DNA of 64,000 nucleotides from Eledone cirrhosa (Eukaryota): positions 257,610,001 to 257,674,000 of the forward strand of contig OZ024740.1 in the NCBI GenBank assembly GCA_964016885.1, in the 5' to 3' direction. Position 1 is the stretch's first letter. Every line of letters begins with the position of its first letter. Below are positions 27,201 to 42,408 of the stretch, piece by piece. Under the pieces are notes generated by a model. That model searched no databases. It worked only from the letters and a program-made list of their open reading frames with translations, and was not told where the DNA came from. A program made the translations under genes and the position numbers.

Positions 27201-30200
27201 AACTCCACCAACACCACCACCACCAACAACAACACTACAACCAACCCCAACTCCACCAACACCACCACCACCAACACCAACAATACAACCAACCCCAACT
27301 CCACCAAAACCACACTCACCAACACTACAACCAACCCCAACTCCACTAACACCACCACCACCAAAACCAACAATACAACCAACCCCAACTCCACCAACAC
27401 CACCAACACCAACACTACAACCAACCCCAACTCCACCAACACCACCACCACCAACAATACGACCAACCCCAACTCCACCAACACCACCCTCACCAACACT
27501 ACAACCAACCCCAACTCCACTAACACCACCACCACTAAAACCAACAATACAACCAACCCCAACTCCACCAACACCACCACCACCAACACCAACACTACAA
27601 CCAACCCCAACTCCACCAGCACCAGCACCACCAACAACAACACTACAACCAACCCCAACTCCACCAACACCACCACCACCAACACCAACAATACAACCAG
27701 CCCAACTCCACCAACACCACTAACACCAACACTACAACCAACCCCAACTCCACCAACACCACCACCACCACCACCAACACTACAACCAACCCCAACTCCA
27801 CCAACACCACCACCACCAACAACAACACTACAACCAAGCCCCACTCCACCACACCACCACCACCAACAACAACACTACAACCAACCCAACTCACACACCA
27901 CCACCAACAACAACACTACAACCAACCCCAACACCACAACACCGCACCACCAACACCAACACTACAACCAACCCCAACTCCACACAACCACCACCACCTC
28001 ACCAACGCTACAACCAACCCCAACTCCACCAACACCACCACCACCAACAACACACTACAACCAACCCCAACTCCACCAACACCACCACCACCATCACCAA
28101 CGCTACAACCAACCCCAACTCCACCAGCACCACCACCACCAACACCAACACTACAACCAACCTCAACTCCACAACACCACCACACCAACAACAACACTAC
28201 AACCAACCACAACTCCACCAACACCACCACCACCAACACCAACAATACAACCAACCCCCCCAACACCACCACACCACCACCAACACTACAACCAACCTCA
28301 ACTCCACCAACACCACCACCAACCACCAACACTACAACCAACCTCAACTCCACCAACAACAACACTACAACCAACCCCAAATCCACCACACCACCACCAC
28401 CACACCAACACACAACCCAACCCCAACTCCACCACACCAACACTACAACCAACCCCAACTCCACCAACACCACCACCAACCAACAACTACAACCAACCCC
28501 AACACCAACACCACCAACACCAACCACACAACACCCAACACCAACCAACACACCCACCCAACCACCAACCACACCAACATCACCAACACTACAACCAACC
28601 CCAACTCCACCACACCACCACACCAACCACCAACACTACAACCACCCCAACCACCAACCCACCACCACCAACACTACAACCAACCCAACTCCACCAACGC
28701 CACCACACACCAACACCAACAATACAACCAACCCAACTCACCAACACTACAACCAGCCCCAACTCCACCAACACCAACACACAACAACAACCAACCTCAA
28801 CCTCCACCAACACCACCACCAACACCAACAATACAACCAACCCCAACTCCACACCAACACCAACACCACCATCACCAACACTACAAACCAACCCCAACTC
28901 CACCAACACCACCACCACCAACAACAACACTACAACCAACCCAACTCCACCAACACCACCATCACCAACACTACAACCAACCCCAACATCCACCAACACC
29001 ACCACCAACAACATCAACCAAACTCAACCAACACCACCACCACCAACACCAACACACCAACCAACCAACCAACTCCACAACACCACCACCACCAACCTAC
29101 CAACCAACCTCAACACCACCAACACCACCACCACCAACACAACACTACAACCCAACCTCAACCACACCAACACCACCACCACACAACCACACAACCCACC
29201 ACCAACCCACCACCCAACTCCACCAACACCACCCCACCAACCCAACACTACACCAACCCCCAACTCCCACCCCACCACCACAACCACACCACTCCACAAC
29301 CCCACACCACCACCACCACAACAACCAACATCACCCAAACCACACACCCCAACTCACCACACAACCCACCACCAACCCCACACCACCACACCACCACCCA
29401 CCCCAACACCACCACCACCACACCACCTACAACCAACCCCCAACCCCACCACACACAACCAACCCCAACCACCAACACCACCACCACCAACACCAACACT
29501 ACAACCAACCCCAACTCCAACCACCACCACCACCACCAACACCAACACTACAACCAACCCCAACTCCACCACACCACCACAACACAACACACAACCCAAC
29601 CCCAACTCCACAACACCACCACCCACAACACCACACAACCAACCCAACCCCACCACCACACAACACCAACCACCAACCCAACACACCAACACCACTACAC
29701 CACCCCAACACCACCAAACCCACCACCACACACCAACACTACCACCCAACCACCACCACCACCAACCACCACCAACACCACACACCAACCACAACAACCA
29801 ACCCACCACCACCACCACACAACACCACCACCACCAACACCAACACAACAACCAACCCCACACCACCACCACCACCACCACCACACCAACAACAACACTA
29901 CAACCAACCCCAACTCCACCTAACACCACCAACACCAACACCAACACTACAACCAACCCCAACTCACAACACCACACACCACCACACCACAACCTCACCA
30001 ACATCACCACAACCACCACCACACACAACACCAACCACCACCCACCACCACCACACCCACACACAACCAACCCCAACACCTACAACACCACACACCACCA
30101 ACACTACAACCAACCCAACACCCACCACACCACCACCACCACCACACCAAACACTACAACCAACCCCAACTCCACCACCACCACCACCAACAACAACAAC

Positions 30201-33200
30201 ACTACAACCAACCTCCCACTAACACCACCACCACCAACATCAACACCACCACCACCAACCACCACCAACAAACAACCAACCCCAACCAACTCCACCCTAA
30301 CACCACCACCACCAACATCAACACTACAACCAGCCCCAACTCCACCAACACCGCACCCGCACCACCAACACTACAGCCAACCCCAACTCCACCACCACCC
30401 ACCACCACCAACAACAAAGCTACAACCAACCCCCAACTCCACTACACACCACCAACACCAACACCACTACAACCAACCTCAAACTCCACCAACACCACCA
30501 CCACCAACACCAACATACAACCAACCCCAACACCACCAACACCACCACCACCAACACCAACACTACAACCAACCTCAACTCCACCAACACCACCACCACC
30601 AACACCAACACTACAACCAACCTCAACTCCACCAACAACAACACTACAACCAACCCCAAAACCACCAACACCACCACCACCATCACCAACACTACAACCA
30701 ACCCCAACTCCACCAACACCAACACTACAACCAACCCCAACTCCACCAACACCACCACCACCAACACTACAACCAACCCCAACTCCACTAACACCACCAC
30801 CACCAAAACCAACAATACAACCAACCCCAACTCCACCAACACCAACACCACCATCACCAACACTACAACCAACCCCCAACTCCACCAACACCACACCACC
30901 AACAACAACACTACAACCAGCCCCAACTCCACCAACACCACCACCACAACACTACAACCAACCCCAACTCCACCAACGCCACCACCACCAACACCAACAA
31001 TACAACCAACCCCAACTCCACCAACACTACAACCAGCCCCCAACTCCACCAACACCACCACCACCAACACTACAACCAACCTCAACTCCACCAACGCCAC
31101 CACCACCAACACCAACAATACAACCAACCCCAACTCCACCAACACCAACACCACCATCACCAACACTACAACCAACCCCAACTCCACCAACACCACCACC
31201 ACCAACAACAACACCTACAACCAGACCCAACTCCCACAACACCACCATCACCAACACTACAACCAACCCCAACTCCACCAACACCTCCACCACCAACACC
31301 AACAATACAACCAACCCCAACTCCACCAACACCACCACCACCAACAACAACACTACAACCAGCCCCAACTCCACCAACACCACCACCACCATCACCAACG
31401 CTACAACCAACCCCAACTCCACCAACACCACCACCGCCAACACCAACACTACAACCAACCTCAACTCCACCAACACCACCACCACCAACGACAACACTAC
31501 AACCAACCCCCAACTCCACCAACACCACCACCACCATCACCAACGCTACAACCAACCCCAACTCCACCAACACTACAACCAACCCCAACTCCACCAACAC
31601 CACCACCACCAACACCAACACTACAACCAACCCCAACTCCACTAACACCACCACCACCAACACCAACACTACAACCAACCCCAACTCCACCAACACCAGC
31701 ACCACCAACAACAACACTACAACCAACCCCAACTCCACTAACACCACCACCACCAACATCAACACTACAACCAACCTNNNNNNNNNNNNNNNNNNNNNNN
31801 NNNNNNNNNNNNNNNNNNNNNNNNNNNNNNNNNNNNNNNNNNNNNNNNNNNNNNNNNNNNNNNNNNNNNNNNNNNNNNNNNNNNNNNNNNNNNNNNNNNN
31901 NNNNNNNNNNNNNNNNNNNNNNNNNNNNNNNNNNNNNNNNNNNNNNNNNNNNNNNNNNNNNNNNNNNNNNNNNNNNNACTCCACCAACACCACCACCACC
32001 AACACCAACACTACAACCAACCCCAACTCCACCAACACCACCACCACCAACAACAACACTACAACCAACCCCAACTCCACCAACACCACCACCACCAACA
32101 ACAACACTACAACCAACCACAACTACACCAACACCGCACCACCACCACCAACAAACAACCAACCCCAACTCCACCAACACCACCACCACCAACAACAACA
32201 CTACAACCAACCCCAACTCCACCAACACCACCACCGCCAACAACAACACTACAACCAACCCCAACTCCACCAACACCACCACCACCAACAACAACACTAC
32301 AACCAACCCCAACTCCACCAACACCACCACCACCAACAACAACACTACAACCAACCCCAACTCCACCAACACCACCACCACCAACAACAACACAACAACC
32401 AACCCCAACTCCACCAACACCACCACCACCAACAACAACACTACAACCAACCCCAACTCCACCAACACCACCACCACCAACAACAACACTTCAACCAACC
32501 CCAACTCCACCAACACCGCACCACCACCACCAACAAACAACCAACCCCAACTCCACCAACACCACCACCACCAACAACAACACTACAACCAACCCCAACT
32601 CCACCAACACCACCACCGCCAACAACAACACTACAACCAACCCCAACTCCACCAACACCACCACCACCAACAACAACACTACAACCAACCCCAACTCCAC
32701 CAACACCACCACCACCAACAACAACACTACAACCAACCCCAACTCCACCAACACCACCACCACCAACAACAACACTACAACCAACCCCAACTCCACCAAC
32801 ACCACCACCACCAACAACAACACTACAACCAACCCCAACTCCACCAACACCAACACCACCAACAACAACACTACAACCAACCCCAACTCCACCAACACCA
32901 CCACCACCAACAACAACACTACAACCAACCCCAACTCCACCAACACCACCACCACCAACAACAACACTACAACCAACCCCAACTCCACCAACACCGCACC
33001 ACCACCACCAACAAACAACCAACCCCAACTCCACCAACACCACCACCACCAACAACAACACTACAACCAACCCCAACTCCACCAACACCACCACCACCAA
33101 CAACAACACTACAACCAACCCCAACTCCACCAACACCATCACCACCAACAACAACACTACAACCAACCCCAACTCCACCAACACCACCACCACCAACAAC

Positions 33201-36200
33201 AACACTACAACCAACCCCAACTCCACCAACACCACCACCACCAACAACAACACTACAACCAACCCCAACTCCACCAACACCACCACCAACACCACCAACA
33301 AACAACTAACCCCAACTCCACCAACACCACCACCACCAACAACAACACTACAACCAACCCCAACTCCACCAACACCACCACCACCAACAACAACACTACA
33401 ACCAACCCCAACTCCACCAACACCACCACCAACAACAACAACACTACAACCAACCCCAACTCCACCACCACCACCACCTTCACCAACGCTACAACCAACC
33501 CCAACTCCACCAACACCACCACCACCAACAACAACACTACAACCAACCCCAACTCCACCACCACCACCACCACCTTCACCAACACTACAACCAACCCCAA
33601 CTCCACCAACACCACCACCACCAACAACAACACTACAACCAACCCCAACTCCACCAACACCACCACCACCAACAACAACACTACAACCAGCCCCAACTGC
33701 ACCAACACCGCACCACCACCACCAACAAACAACCAACCCCAACTCCACCAACACCACCACCACCAACAACAACACTACAACCAATCCCAACTCCACCAAC
33801 ACCACCACCACCAACAACAACACTACAACCAACCCCAACTCCACCAACACCACCACCACCAACAACAACACTACAACCAATCCCAACTCCACCAACACCA
33901 CCACCACCAACAACAACACTACAACCAACCCCAACTCCACCAACACCACCACCACCAACAACAACACTACAACCAACCCCAACTCCACCAACACCACCAC
34001 CACCAACAACAACACTACAACCAGCCCCAACTCCACCAACACCGCACCACCACCACCAACAAACAAACAACCCCAACTCCACCAACACCACCACCACCAA
34101 CAACAACACTACAACCAACCCCAACTCCACCAACACCACCACCACCAACAACAACACTACAACCAACCCCAACTCCACCAACACCACCACCACCAACAAC
34201 AACACTACAACCAACCCCAACTCCACCAACACCGCACCACCACCACCAACAAACAACCAACCCCAACTCCACCAACACCACCACCACCAACACCAACACT
34301 ACAACCAACCCCATCTCCACCAACACCACCACCACCAACAACAACACTACAACCAACCCCAACTCCACCAACACCACCACCACCAACAACAACACTACAA
34401 CCAACCCCAACTCCACCAACACCGCACCACCACCACCAACAAACAACCAACCCCAACTCCACCAACACCACCACCACCAACAACAACACTACAACCAACC
34501 CCAACTCCACCAACACCACCACCGCCAACAACAACACTACAACCAACCCCAACTCCACCAACACCACCACCACCAACAACAACACTACAACCAACCCCAA
34601 CTCCACCAACACCACCACCACCAACAACAACACTACAACCAACCCCAACTCCACCAACACCACCACCACCAACAACAACACTACAACCAACCCCAACTCC
34701 ACCAACACCACCACCACCAACAACAACACTACAACCAACCCCAACTCCACCAACACCACCACCACCAACAACAACACTACAACCAACCCCAACTCCACCA
34801 ACACCGCACCACCACCACCAACAAACAACCAACCCCAACTCCACCAACACCACCACCACCAACAAAAACACTACAACCAACCCCAACTCCACCAACACCA
34901 ACAGCCAACAACAACACTACAACCAACCTCAACTCCACCAACACCACCACCACCAACAACAACACTACAACCAACCCCAACTCCACCAACACCACCACCA
35001 CCAACAACAACACTACAACCAACCCCAACTCCACCAACACCACCACCACCAACAACAACACTACAACCAACCCCAACTCCACCAACACCACCACCACCAA
35101 CAACAACACTACAACCAACCCCAACTCCACCAACACCACCACCACCAACAACAACACTACAACCAACCCCAACTCCACCAACACCACCACCACCAACACC
35201 AACACTACAACCAACCCCAACTCCACCAACACCACCACCACCAACATCAACACTACAACCAACCCCAACTCCACCAACACCGCACCACCACCACCAACAA
35301 ACAACCAACCCCAACTCCACCAACACCACCACCACCAACAACAACACTACAACCAACCCCAACTCCACCAACACCACCACCGCCAACAACAACACTACAA
35401 TCAACCCCAACTCCACCAACACCACCACCACCAACAACAACACTACAACCAACCCCAACTCCACCAACACCACCACCACCAACAACAACACTACAACCAA
35501 CCCCAACTCCACCAACACCACCACCACCAACAACAACACTACAACCAACCCCAACTCCACCAACACCACCACCACCAACAACAACACTACAACCAACCCC
35601 AACTCCACCAACACCACCACCACCAACAACAACACTACAACCAACCCCAACTCCACCAACACCACCACCACCAACAACAACACTACAACCAACCCCAACT
35701 CCACCAACACCACCACCACCAACAACAACACTACAACCAACCCCAACTCCACCAACACCACCACCACCACCACCAACAAACAACCAACCCCAACTCCACC
35801 AACACCACCACCACCAACAACAACACTACAACCAACCCCAACTCCACCAACACCACCACCACCAACAACAACACTACAACCAACCCCAACTCCACCAACA
35901 CCACCACCAACAACAACAACACTACAACCAACCCCAACTCCACCACCACCACCACCTTCACCAACGCTACAACCAACCCCAACTCCACCAACACCACCAC
36001 CACCAACAACAACAATACAACCAACCCCAACTCCACCACCACCACCACCACCTTCACCAACACTACAACCAACCCCAACTCCACCAACACCACCACCACC
36101 AACAACAACACTACAACCAACCCCAACTCCACCAACACCACCACCACCAACAACAACACTACAACCAACCCCAACTCCACCAACACCACCACCACCACCA

Positions 36201-39200
36201 CCAACAAACAACCAACCCCAACTCCACCAACACCACCACCACCAACAACAACACTACAACCAACCCCAACTCCACCAACACCACCACCACCAACAACAAC
36301 ACTACAACCAACCCCAACTCCACCAACACCACCACCACCAACAACAACACTACAACCAATCCCAACTCCACCAACACCACCACCACCAACAACAACACTA
36401 CAACCAACCCCAAATCCACCAACACCACCACCACCAACAACAACACTACAACCAATCCCAACTCCACCAACACCACCACCACCACCAACAACACTACAAC
36501 CAACCCCAACTCCACCAACACCACCACCACCAACAACAACACTACAACCAACCCCAACTCCACCAACACCACCACCACCAACAACAACACTACAACCAGC
36601 CCCAACTCCACCAACACCGCACCACCACCACCAACAAACAAACAACCCCAACTCCACCAACACCACCACCACCAACAACAACACTACAACCAACCCCAAC
36701 TCCACAACACCACCACCACCAACAACAACACTACAACCAACCCCAACTCCACCAACACCACCACCACCAACAACAACACTACAACCAACCCCAACTCCAC
36801 CAACACCACCACCACCAACAACAACACTACAACCAACCCCAACTCCACCACCACCACCACCACCAACACCAACACTACAACCAACCCCAACTCCACCAAA
36901 GCCACCACCACCAACACCAACACTACAACCAACCCCAACTCCACCAACACCACCACCACCAACAACAACACTACAACCAACCCCAACTCCACCAACACCA
37001 CCACCACCAACAACAACACTACAACCAACCCCAACTCCACCAACACCACCACCACCAACAACAACACTACAACCAACCCCAACTCCACCAACACCACCAC
37101 CACCAACAACAACACTACAACCAACCCCAACTCCACCAACACCACCACCAACAACAACAACACTACAACCAACCCCAACTCCACCAACACCACCACCACC
37201 ACCACCAACACTACAACCAACCCCAACTCCACTAACACCACCACCACCACCACCAACACTACAACCAACCCCAACTCCACCAACACCACCACCACCAACA
37301 ACAATACTACAACCAACCCTAACTCCACTAACACCACCACCACCAACATCAACACTACAACCAACCCCAACTCCACCAACACCACCACCACCAACACCAA
37401 CACTACAACCAACCCCAACTCCACCAACACCACCACCACCAACACTACAACCAACCCCAACTCCACCAACACCACCACCACCAACACCAACACTACAACC
37501 AACCCCAACTCCACCAACACCACCACCACCACCACCAACACTACAACCAACCCCAACTCCACCAACACCACCACCACCAACAACAATACTACAACCAACC
37601 CCAACTCCACTAACACCACCACCACCACCACCAACACTCAACCAACCCTAACTCCACCAACACCACCACCACCAACAACAACACTACAACCAACCCCAAC
37701 TCCACTAACACCACCACCACCAACATCAACACTACAACCAACCCCAACTCCACCAACACCGCACCACCAACACCAACACCGCACCACCAACCCCAACTCC
37801 ACCAACACCACCACCACTACACCAACACCGCACCACCAACCCCAACTCCACCAACACCACCACCACCACCACCAACACTACAACCAACCCCAACTCCACC
37901 AACACCACCACCACCAACAACAACACTACAACCAACCCCAACTCCACCAACACCACCACCACCAACAACAACACTACAACCAACCCCAACTCCACCAACA
38001 CCACCACCACCAACAACAACACTACAACCAACCCCAACTCCACCAACACCACCACCACCAACAACAACACTACAACCAACCCCAACTCCATCAACACCAC
38101 CACCACCAACAACAACACTACAACCAACCCCAACTCCACCAACACCGCACCACCACCACCAACAAACAACCAACCCCAACTCCACCAACACCACCACCAC
38201 CAACAACAACACTACAACCAACCCCAACTCCACCAACACCACCACCGCCAACAACAACACTACAACCAACCCCAACTCCACCAACACCACCACCACCAAC
38301 AACAACACTACAACCAACCCCAACTCCACCAACACCACCACCACCAACAACAACACTACAACCAACCCCAACTCCACCAACACCACCACCACCAACAACA
38401 ACACTACAACCAACCCCAACTCCACCAACACCACCACCACCAACAACAACACTACAACCAACCCCAACTCCACCAACACCACCACCACCAACAACAACAC
38501 TACAACCAACCCCAACTCCACCAACACCACCACCACCAACAACAACACTACAACCAACCCCAACTCCACCAACACCACCACCACCAACAACAACACTACA
38601 ACCAACCCCAACTCCACCAACACCACCACCACCACCACCAACAAACAACCAACCCCAACTCCACCAACACCACCACCACCAACAACAACACTACAACCAA
38701 CCCCAACTCCACCAACACCACCACCACCAACAACAACACTACAACCAACCCCAACTCCACCAACACCACCACCAACAACAACAACACTACAACCAACCCC
38801 AACTCCACCACCACCACCACCTTCACCAACGCTACAACCAACCCCAACTCCACCAACACCACCACCACCAACAACAACACTACAACCAATCCCAACTCCA
38901 CCAACACCACCACCACCACCAACAACACTACAACCAACCCCAACTCCACCAACACCACCACCACCAACAACAACACTACAACCAACCCCAACTCCACCAA
39001 CACCACCACCACCAACAACAACACTACAACCAGCCCCAACTCCACCAACACCGCACCACCACCACCAACAAACAAACAACCCCAACTCCACCAACACCAC
39101 CACCACCAACAACAACACTACAACCAACCCCAACTCCACCAACACCACCACCACCAACAACAACACTACAACCAACCCCAACTCCACCAACACCACCACC

Positions 39201-40500
39201 ACCAACAACAACACTACAACCAACCCCAACTCCACCAACACCACCACCACCAACAACAACACTACAACCAACCCCAACTCCACCACCACCACCACCACCA
39301 ACACCAACACTACAACCAACCCCAACTCCACCAAAGCCACCACCACCAACACCAACACTACAACCAACCCCAACTCCACCAACACCACCACCACCAACAA
39401 CAACACTACAACCAACCCCAACTCCACCAACACCACCACCACCAACAACAACACTACAACCAACCCCAACTCCACCAACACCACCACCACCAACAACAAC
39501 ACTACAACCAACCCCAACTCCACCAACACCACCACCACCAACAACAACACTACAACCAACCCCAACTCCACCAACACCACCACCAACAACAACAACACTA
39601 CAACCAACCCCAACTCCACCAACACCACCACCACCACCACCAACACTACAACCAACCCCAACTCCACTAACACCACCACCACCACCACCAACACTACAAC
39701 CAACCCCAACTCCACCAACACCACCACCACCAACAACAATACTACAACCAACCCTAACTCCACTAACACCACCACCACCAACATCAACACTACAACCAAC
39801 CCCAACTCCACCAACACCACCACCACCAACACCAACACTACAACCAACCCCAACTCCACCAACACCACCACCACCAACACTACAACCAACCCCAACTCCA
39901 CCAACACCACCACCACCAACACCAACACTACAACCAACCCCAACTCCACCAACACCACCACCACCACCACCAACACTACAACCAACCCCAACTCCACCAA
40001 CACCACCACCACCAACAACAATACTACAACCAACCCCAACTCCACTAACACCACCACCACCACCACCAACACTCAACCAACCCTAACTCCACCAACACCA
40101 CCACCACCAACAACAACACTACAACCAACCCCAACTCCACTAACACCACCACCACCAACATCAACACTACAACCAACCCCAACTCCACCAACACCGCACC
40201 ACCAACACCAACACCGCACCACCAACCCCAACTCCACCAACACCACCACCACTACACCAACACCGCACCACCAACCCCAACTCCACCAACACCACCACCA
40301 CCACCACCAACACTACAACCAACCCCAACTCCACCAACACCACCACCACCAACAACAACACTACAACCAACCCCAACTCCACCAACACCACCACCACCAA
40401 CAACAACACTACAACCAACCCCAACTCCACTAACACCACCACCACCAACATCAACACTACAACCAACCCCAACTCCACCAACACCGCACCACCACCATCA
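15245..40500. repeat. ~25-kb C/A-rich minisatellite; 48-bp consensus ACTACAACCAACCCCAACTCCACCAACACCACCACCACCAACAACAAC
   Basis: Roughly 500 units by length. Degenerate lead-in from ~14940; nested duplications; indel-rich stretch ~27700-31300; N gap at 31778-31977. Confidence 0.97.
31778..31977. other. Assembly gap (200 N)
   Basis: Direct reading; the round number suggests a placeholder of unknown true size. Confidence 0.99.
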
Positions 40501-40891
40501 TCAACGTTAACAACATCAAAAACAGGGATAATACTAAAATTGAGAAAGAGAAAGCGTAACGTAGTTAGCTATAAGTATATTATGTATGTCGTAACAGGAA
40601 AGGCTTTTGGCAAGAAAGAAGTGTTAATGTAGTTATATGGTAATGTTTTTCTGAGGTTTTAGCTCTGTTTTGCATGAGAAGGTCTTTGGGGATGAGTTTC
40701 TATGAAATATTAGCACGAATATAATAGTTGCCGCCTTATCTCTGCTAATGGAGTTTGCCAAATGTAAACTGTTAACGACTATATCCAGATATGGATTAAT
40801 CTCAGCTGATTTCCAACAACTTGCTAAAGATATATTATAAATATTCCTCTTATTTTCATTTTGGTATATATATATACATATACACACATAT

Positions 40892-40951
<60 letters not shown>

Positions 40952-41242
40952 CTTTTCTTGTGTGTTGGTTCCTTTTTTTCTATGGTCTCTCGCTGCGCCA
41001 ATGTTTATTCTCCACCAATTTTTGCTTCTAAGCCACCATCAACTTCAAGAACAATACCACCAACAACACCATTACCACTACCATTACAACCACTCCCACC
41101 CCAAACAGCAACCAAATTTCTAACATTAACAAGCCATATATTTTAAAACACACAATTCTCTCTCTTTCTCGTGCGTTTTTTTTTTTAATCACCTCATGCA
41201 AACACACTTAGATACGTGTGTGTGTGTGTATGTGTGTGTGTA

Positions 41243-41316
<74 letters not shown>

Positions 41317-41460
41317 AGAAGCAAAGAAAATTTCAAAGATACGAAAGATATCCTGGTGGAAGTTCAGGTGTACTCCGTGTTGGTATCCAGTTTCGAGGTG
41401 AAATTCCAATCAGAAAATCCAACGAATTTTGAGAGGTCCACGTAATCGTTGATATATATA

Positions 41461-41686
41461 TAAAAGGTAAACAGAAATGACAACGCTCTCGGTACAGTAT
41501 ATGGAAGGGTTATATTAGGTTAACGCTTGATATAGCAGGAAGGGGGGTCGTAACATTTCGGACGCTAGTCCTTCATCAGAAGAAATAATAAGAAATAAAA
41601 TAGATTGAGGTATCAAGCGTTAACCTAATATATACCTTCTATATACTGTACCGCCGATTGTGTTGTTATTTCTGTTTACCTTTTAC
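41461..41686. mobile_element. Short element with ~72-bp inverted arms enclosing a hammerhead motif
   Basis: TAAAAGGTAAACAGAAAT...GGTTAACGCTTGATA (41461-41533) mirrors TATCAAGCGTTAACC...ATTTCTGTTTACCTTTTA (41611-41685); flanked by TA/CA repeats. Confidence 0.75.
41548..41583 (-). ncRNA. Minimal hammerhead motif
   Basis: Reverse complement TCTT-CTGATGA-AGGAC-TAGC-GTCC-GAAA-TGTTACGA; core and stem II intact, stems I and III weakened. Confidence 0.65.
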
Positions 41687-41718
41687 ATACACACACACAC
41701 ATATATATATATATATAT

Positions 41719-41920
41719 GAAAATAGTCAGGACCCCGACGGCTGAGCTCCGGCCGTTTCGACAGCTACATCCGGACTGTTCGGATCTAACTGTCGATACG
41801 GCCGGAGCTCAGCCGTCGGAGTCCTGACTCTTTTCCTATTACCTACTTTACTACCCTAAGTATCGAGTACTCTGGTGCGTTATGGCCCACCTGGTATCTT
41901 ACCAAACCTTCTTTGTTATA
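41719..41920. mobile_element. GC-rich palindrome (58-bp arms, 1-nt loop) plus ~85-bp unpaired tail
   Basis: 41719-41776 versus 41778-41835 with 6 mismatches; tail 41836-41920; (TA)n on both sides. Confidence 0.7.
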
Positions 41921-41971
41921 TATATAAAATTGTATTGGTGCTCCGCCATAACGATAATCATATAAATGTAG

Positions 41972-42327
41972 GTATTGTATAGTGAATACTATACGGGATG
42001 TTTATGAAAAACCTTCGTCACAAACCTAGCTTCAGCAGAAGCAGGAGGAAGTAATCGATGATGCAATCGTTTCACTTGTTAGTATTTATCAACATTATAT
42101 ATCTCCCACTCTTTGCTTAATGTAAGCTAGATTCTTATAGAATTCTGCTTATGTATATGAGCGGATGAAACTCATTTGCATGTGAAAAAGTATTGCATCT
42201 TCGATTATTTCCTCTTGTTTTTGCTGAAGCTATGTATGTGACGATGGTTACAAACTTAAAATTCATAGCGAAAGACCTTTAAATGTTTTTCATAAACATC
42301 TCGTATATAATTCAATATACAATACGA
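41972..42327. mobile_element. MITE-like element with long imperfect terminal inverted repeats
   Basis: GTATTGTATA..GATGTTTATGAAAA..CGTCACA..TAGCTTCAGCA..TAATCGA..GATGCAAT is mirrored by ATTGCATC..TCGATTA..TGCTGAAGCTA..TGTGACG..TTTTCATAAACATC..TATACAATAC. Confidence 0.65.
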
Positions 42328-42347
42328 ACGTATATATATATATATAT

Positions 42348-42408
<61 letters not shown>

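Noticed and set aside
27700-31300. Apparently diverged or ancient zone of the array
   Set aside because: Dense 1-bp indels in a segment that otherwise copies 19900-24200 and lies next to a contig end are best explained as unpolished long-read error.
14947-40484. Long minus-strand V/L/G-rich ORFs (up to 1346 aa) resembling membrane, elastin or silk proteins
   Set aside because: They are antisense readings of the minisatellite that start at GTG/TTG in two parallel frames, with no unique domains.
15245-40500. CRISPR array or telomere tract
   Set aside because: There are no unique spacers or cas genes and the context is eukaryotic. CCCCAA occurs only once per 48 bp rather than in tandem, and it is not TTAGGG.
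40990-41146. P/T-rich stretch as a downstream mucin exon
   Set aside because: It is a short degenerate CCA/CAA tract like 13560-13910, which lies on the opposite strand; there is no convincing splice context or folded domain.
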